NCBI GenBank assembly: GCA_030390025.1
Contig: CM059431.1
Span: 107,944,001 to 108,008,000 of the forward strand
Source: Squalus acanthias
Taxonomy: Eukaryota
Length of the DNA: 64,000 bases
Reading direction: 5' to 3'
The position numbers and the translations under genes are program-made. Shown here one piece after another: positions 61,929 through 64,000 of this stretch (position 1 is its first letter; each line of letters opens with the position of its first letter). Below the pieces are notes generated by a model. That model ran no database searches, had not been told where the DNA came from, and worked only from the letters and a program-made list of their open reading frames with translations.

Positions 61929-62537
61929 AAGCCACTGGGGATTGAAAATAACTATTTCCGGAGGGGGGTGGGGTGCAAACATTCTCCCTCACCTGGGCTG
62001 TAAGACTACATTTGGCAGCACCCTAGGCCAGGTGGGCACCTAAGCTGTGCCAGTCATGATGTGGGTGCCGCCCACACCTGTTAAAATGGGGTTATCTCCC
62101 ATTGAGCCCCTGAACCACAGCTGGTTCAGCTCAGGAGGTCATCATTTGGCGCAATGCCGACATATTTACAGAACTGTGTCTGCACATTTTTGCGGCCCCA
62201 CTGACTCTTTGATCACGGGTGATTGACAGCATCATCTTCAGAAAACCTTAAAGACTGGATGAAAATTCACCTGTTGGTTTTACTTCTGGCACAATAATCC
62301 AAACTGTGAATGAAATGGAAATTCACATCAGCTACATACAACATCCCATGGCCACAGTGTGCACAAGAGACAAATCTGTTCAATCCCAAAGTCTGTTGCC
62401 TATTGGGCTTTGTAGGAAACATTCTAACAGAGAGTATATTTACTTGTGGAATGATTCCAATTTTGATTGTTTTTTTAAGTTTGTGCAGTTTTAAAATCTT
62501 GCATTTACCCTTTGGCTTGAGTGTGTATTTCAATTTA

Positions 62538-62897
62538 CATAAGAACATAAGAAATAGGAGCAGGAATAGGCCACTTGGCCCCTGGAGCCTGCTCCACCAT
62601 TCAATAAGATCATGGCTGATCTCGGGCTCAAAGCCACTTCCCTGCCCGCTCCCCATAACCCTTCACTCCCTTATCTTGCAAAAATCTCTCTATCTCTACC
62701 TTAAATGTATTTAATGACCCAGCCTCCATGGCTCTCTGGGGCAGAGAATTCCACAGATTTACAACCCTCTGAGAGAAGAAATTCCTCCTCATCTCAGTTC
62801 TAAAAGGGCGACCCTTTATTCTAAAACTATGCCCCCGAGTTCTAGATTTCCCCACGAGGGGAAACATCCTCTCTGCATCTACCGTGTCAAGCCCCTC
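62538..62897 (-). mobile_element. CR1 LINE 3' fragment
   Basis: ORF 62628-62867, TRGHSFRIKGRPFRTEMRRNFFSQRVVNLWNSLP. Confidence 0.9.
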
Positions 62898-63221
62898 AGT
62901 ATCTGTGAATTTGTGAATAAAATTGGCCAGCTGGTTTTATCCTGTATACATTGAACTAACAGCATGCTAATGGTCCATCGATCAGAAGGTCAGAAGAGCA
63001 TGGTGGGTATCCCATGTATTCTCCAGTGGTGATTATTTCTCAAATAGGGGGCTAATTCTTAAGCCTGGACATGCTAACTATGCATGGCTTATACAATGTT
63101 GAAGATTTTGGTTCAATAATGGAAACCACCTTTCAATTGGAGCCACAGTACAAAAGTGCCAGGAAGGAGTCTGAAATATATCATCTTCCAATTAAAGAAT
63201 AGGAATGTCTTTTAATTAAGA

Positions 63222-63548
63222 AAGACTTGCATTTATGTAGCACCTTTCATAACCTCAGGACATCCCAAAGCGCTTTACAGCCAATTAAGCACTATTGGAG
63301 TTTAATCACTGTAGTAATGTAGGAAACGCGGCAGCCAATTAAGCACAGCAAGCTCCCAAAAACAGCAATATGATAATGACCAGATAATCAGTTTTTAGTG
63401 ATGTTGATTGAGGGATAAATATTGGCCCAGGACACCGGGGATAACTCCCCTGCTCTTCTTCAAAATAGTGCCATGGGATCTTTTACATCCACCTGAGAGA
63501 GCAGATGGGGCCTCGGTTTAACGTCTCATCCAAAAGACGGCACCTCCA
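63222..63548 (-). mobile_element. Deu-domain SINE, 5'-truncated
   Basis: Reverse complement of 25715-25992 and 33560-34125. Confidence 0.85.
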
Positions 63549-63699
63549 CAAAGATATTGAGCTGCTGTGGCTGGACGCAACAGCTGACCACCGACAAGGG
63601 GATTAAATTCCTCTTACCGACTTAATAACAACTTAATGGCGTGAATAAAAAGTGGAATTTCTCATTTGTAACCAAGTTGACCGGAATTTCATACGTCAT

Positions 63700-64000
63700 A
63701 TAGAATCATAGAATAGTACAGCACAGAAGGAGGCCATTCGGCCCATCGAGTCTGTGCCGGCTCTTTCGAAGCGCAATCCAGTTAGTCCCACTCCCCCTCT
63801 CTTTCCCCATATCCCTGCAATTTTTTCTCCTTCAAGTATTTATCCAATTCCCTTTTGAAGGCTACTATTGAATCTGTATCCACCACCCTATCATGCAGTG
63901 CATTCCAAATCCTAACCACTCGTTGTGTATAAAAGTGTTTCCTCATGTCGCCCCTGGTTCTTTTGCCAACCACCTTAAATGTGTGTCCTCTGACCCTTCA
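63700..64000 (-). mobile_element. CR1 LINE 3' fragment running off the window end
   Basis: RKHFYTQRVVRIWNAL...FKRELDKYL. Confidence 0.88.

Overview
Vertebrate genomic DNA, very probably from a shark or ray, judged by an HE1-type V-SINE, Deu-domain SINEs and HER1/CR1-like LINEs. The window lies inside a kelch-like gene on the minus strand, best matching KLHL1. Four in-phase GT-AG coding exons (49207-49431, 22555-22717, 11837-12049, 4264-4435) encode most of the kelch beta-propeller; the upstream exons and the last exon are not visible. The introns are dense with transposons: two two-gene PIF/Harbinger elements (one with an uninterrupted DDE transposase frame, TIRs and a TGA TSD), several Harbinger-type MITE families, a hAT MITE, two related LTRs, many CR1 and L2 fragments, three kinds of SINE and a ~1 kb purine microsatellite. 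Several insertions are nested, and some can be checked against empty-site paralogs in the same window. The most striking structures are two ~215-270 bp non-coding palindromic insertions (33750-34025 and 42255-42470) flanked by 12-14 bp direct repeats. Each arm carries a minimal hammerhead-ribozyme motif of the Penelope-like-element (PLE) type, so both strands encode a ribozyme together with its own antisense. A second hammerhead-bearing family occurs at 34407-34443 (core mutated) and 56871-56908 (core intact). Also notable are an unclassified tRNA-headed SINE with an AGAAG tail and a candidate 33-nt in-frame KLHL1 micro-exon. All family assignments come from motif recognition by eye; no database searches were run.
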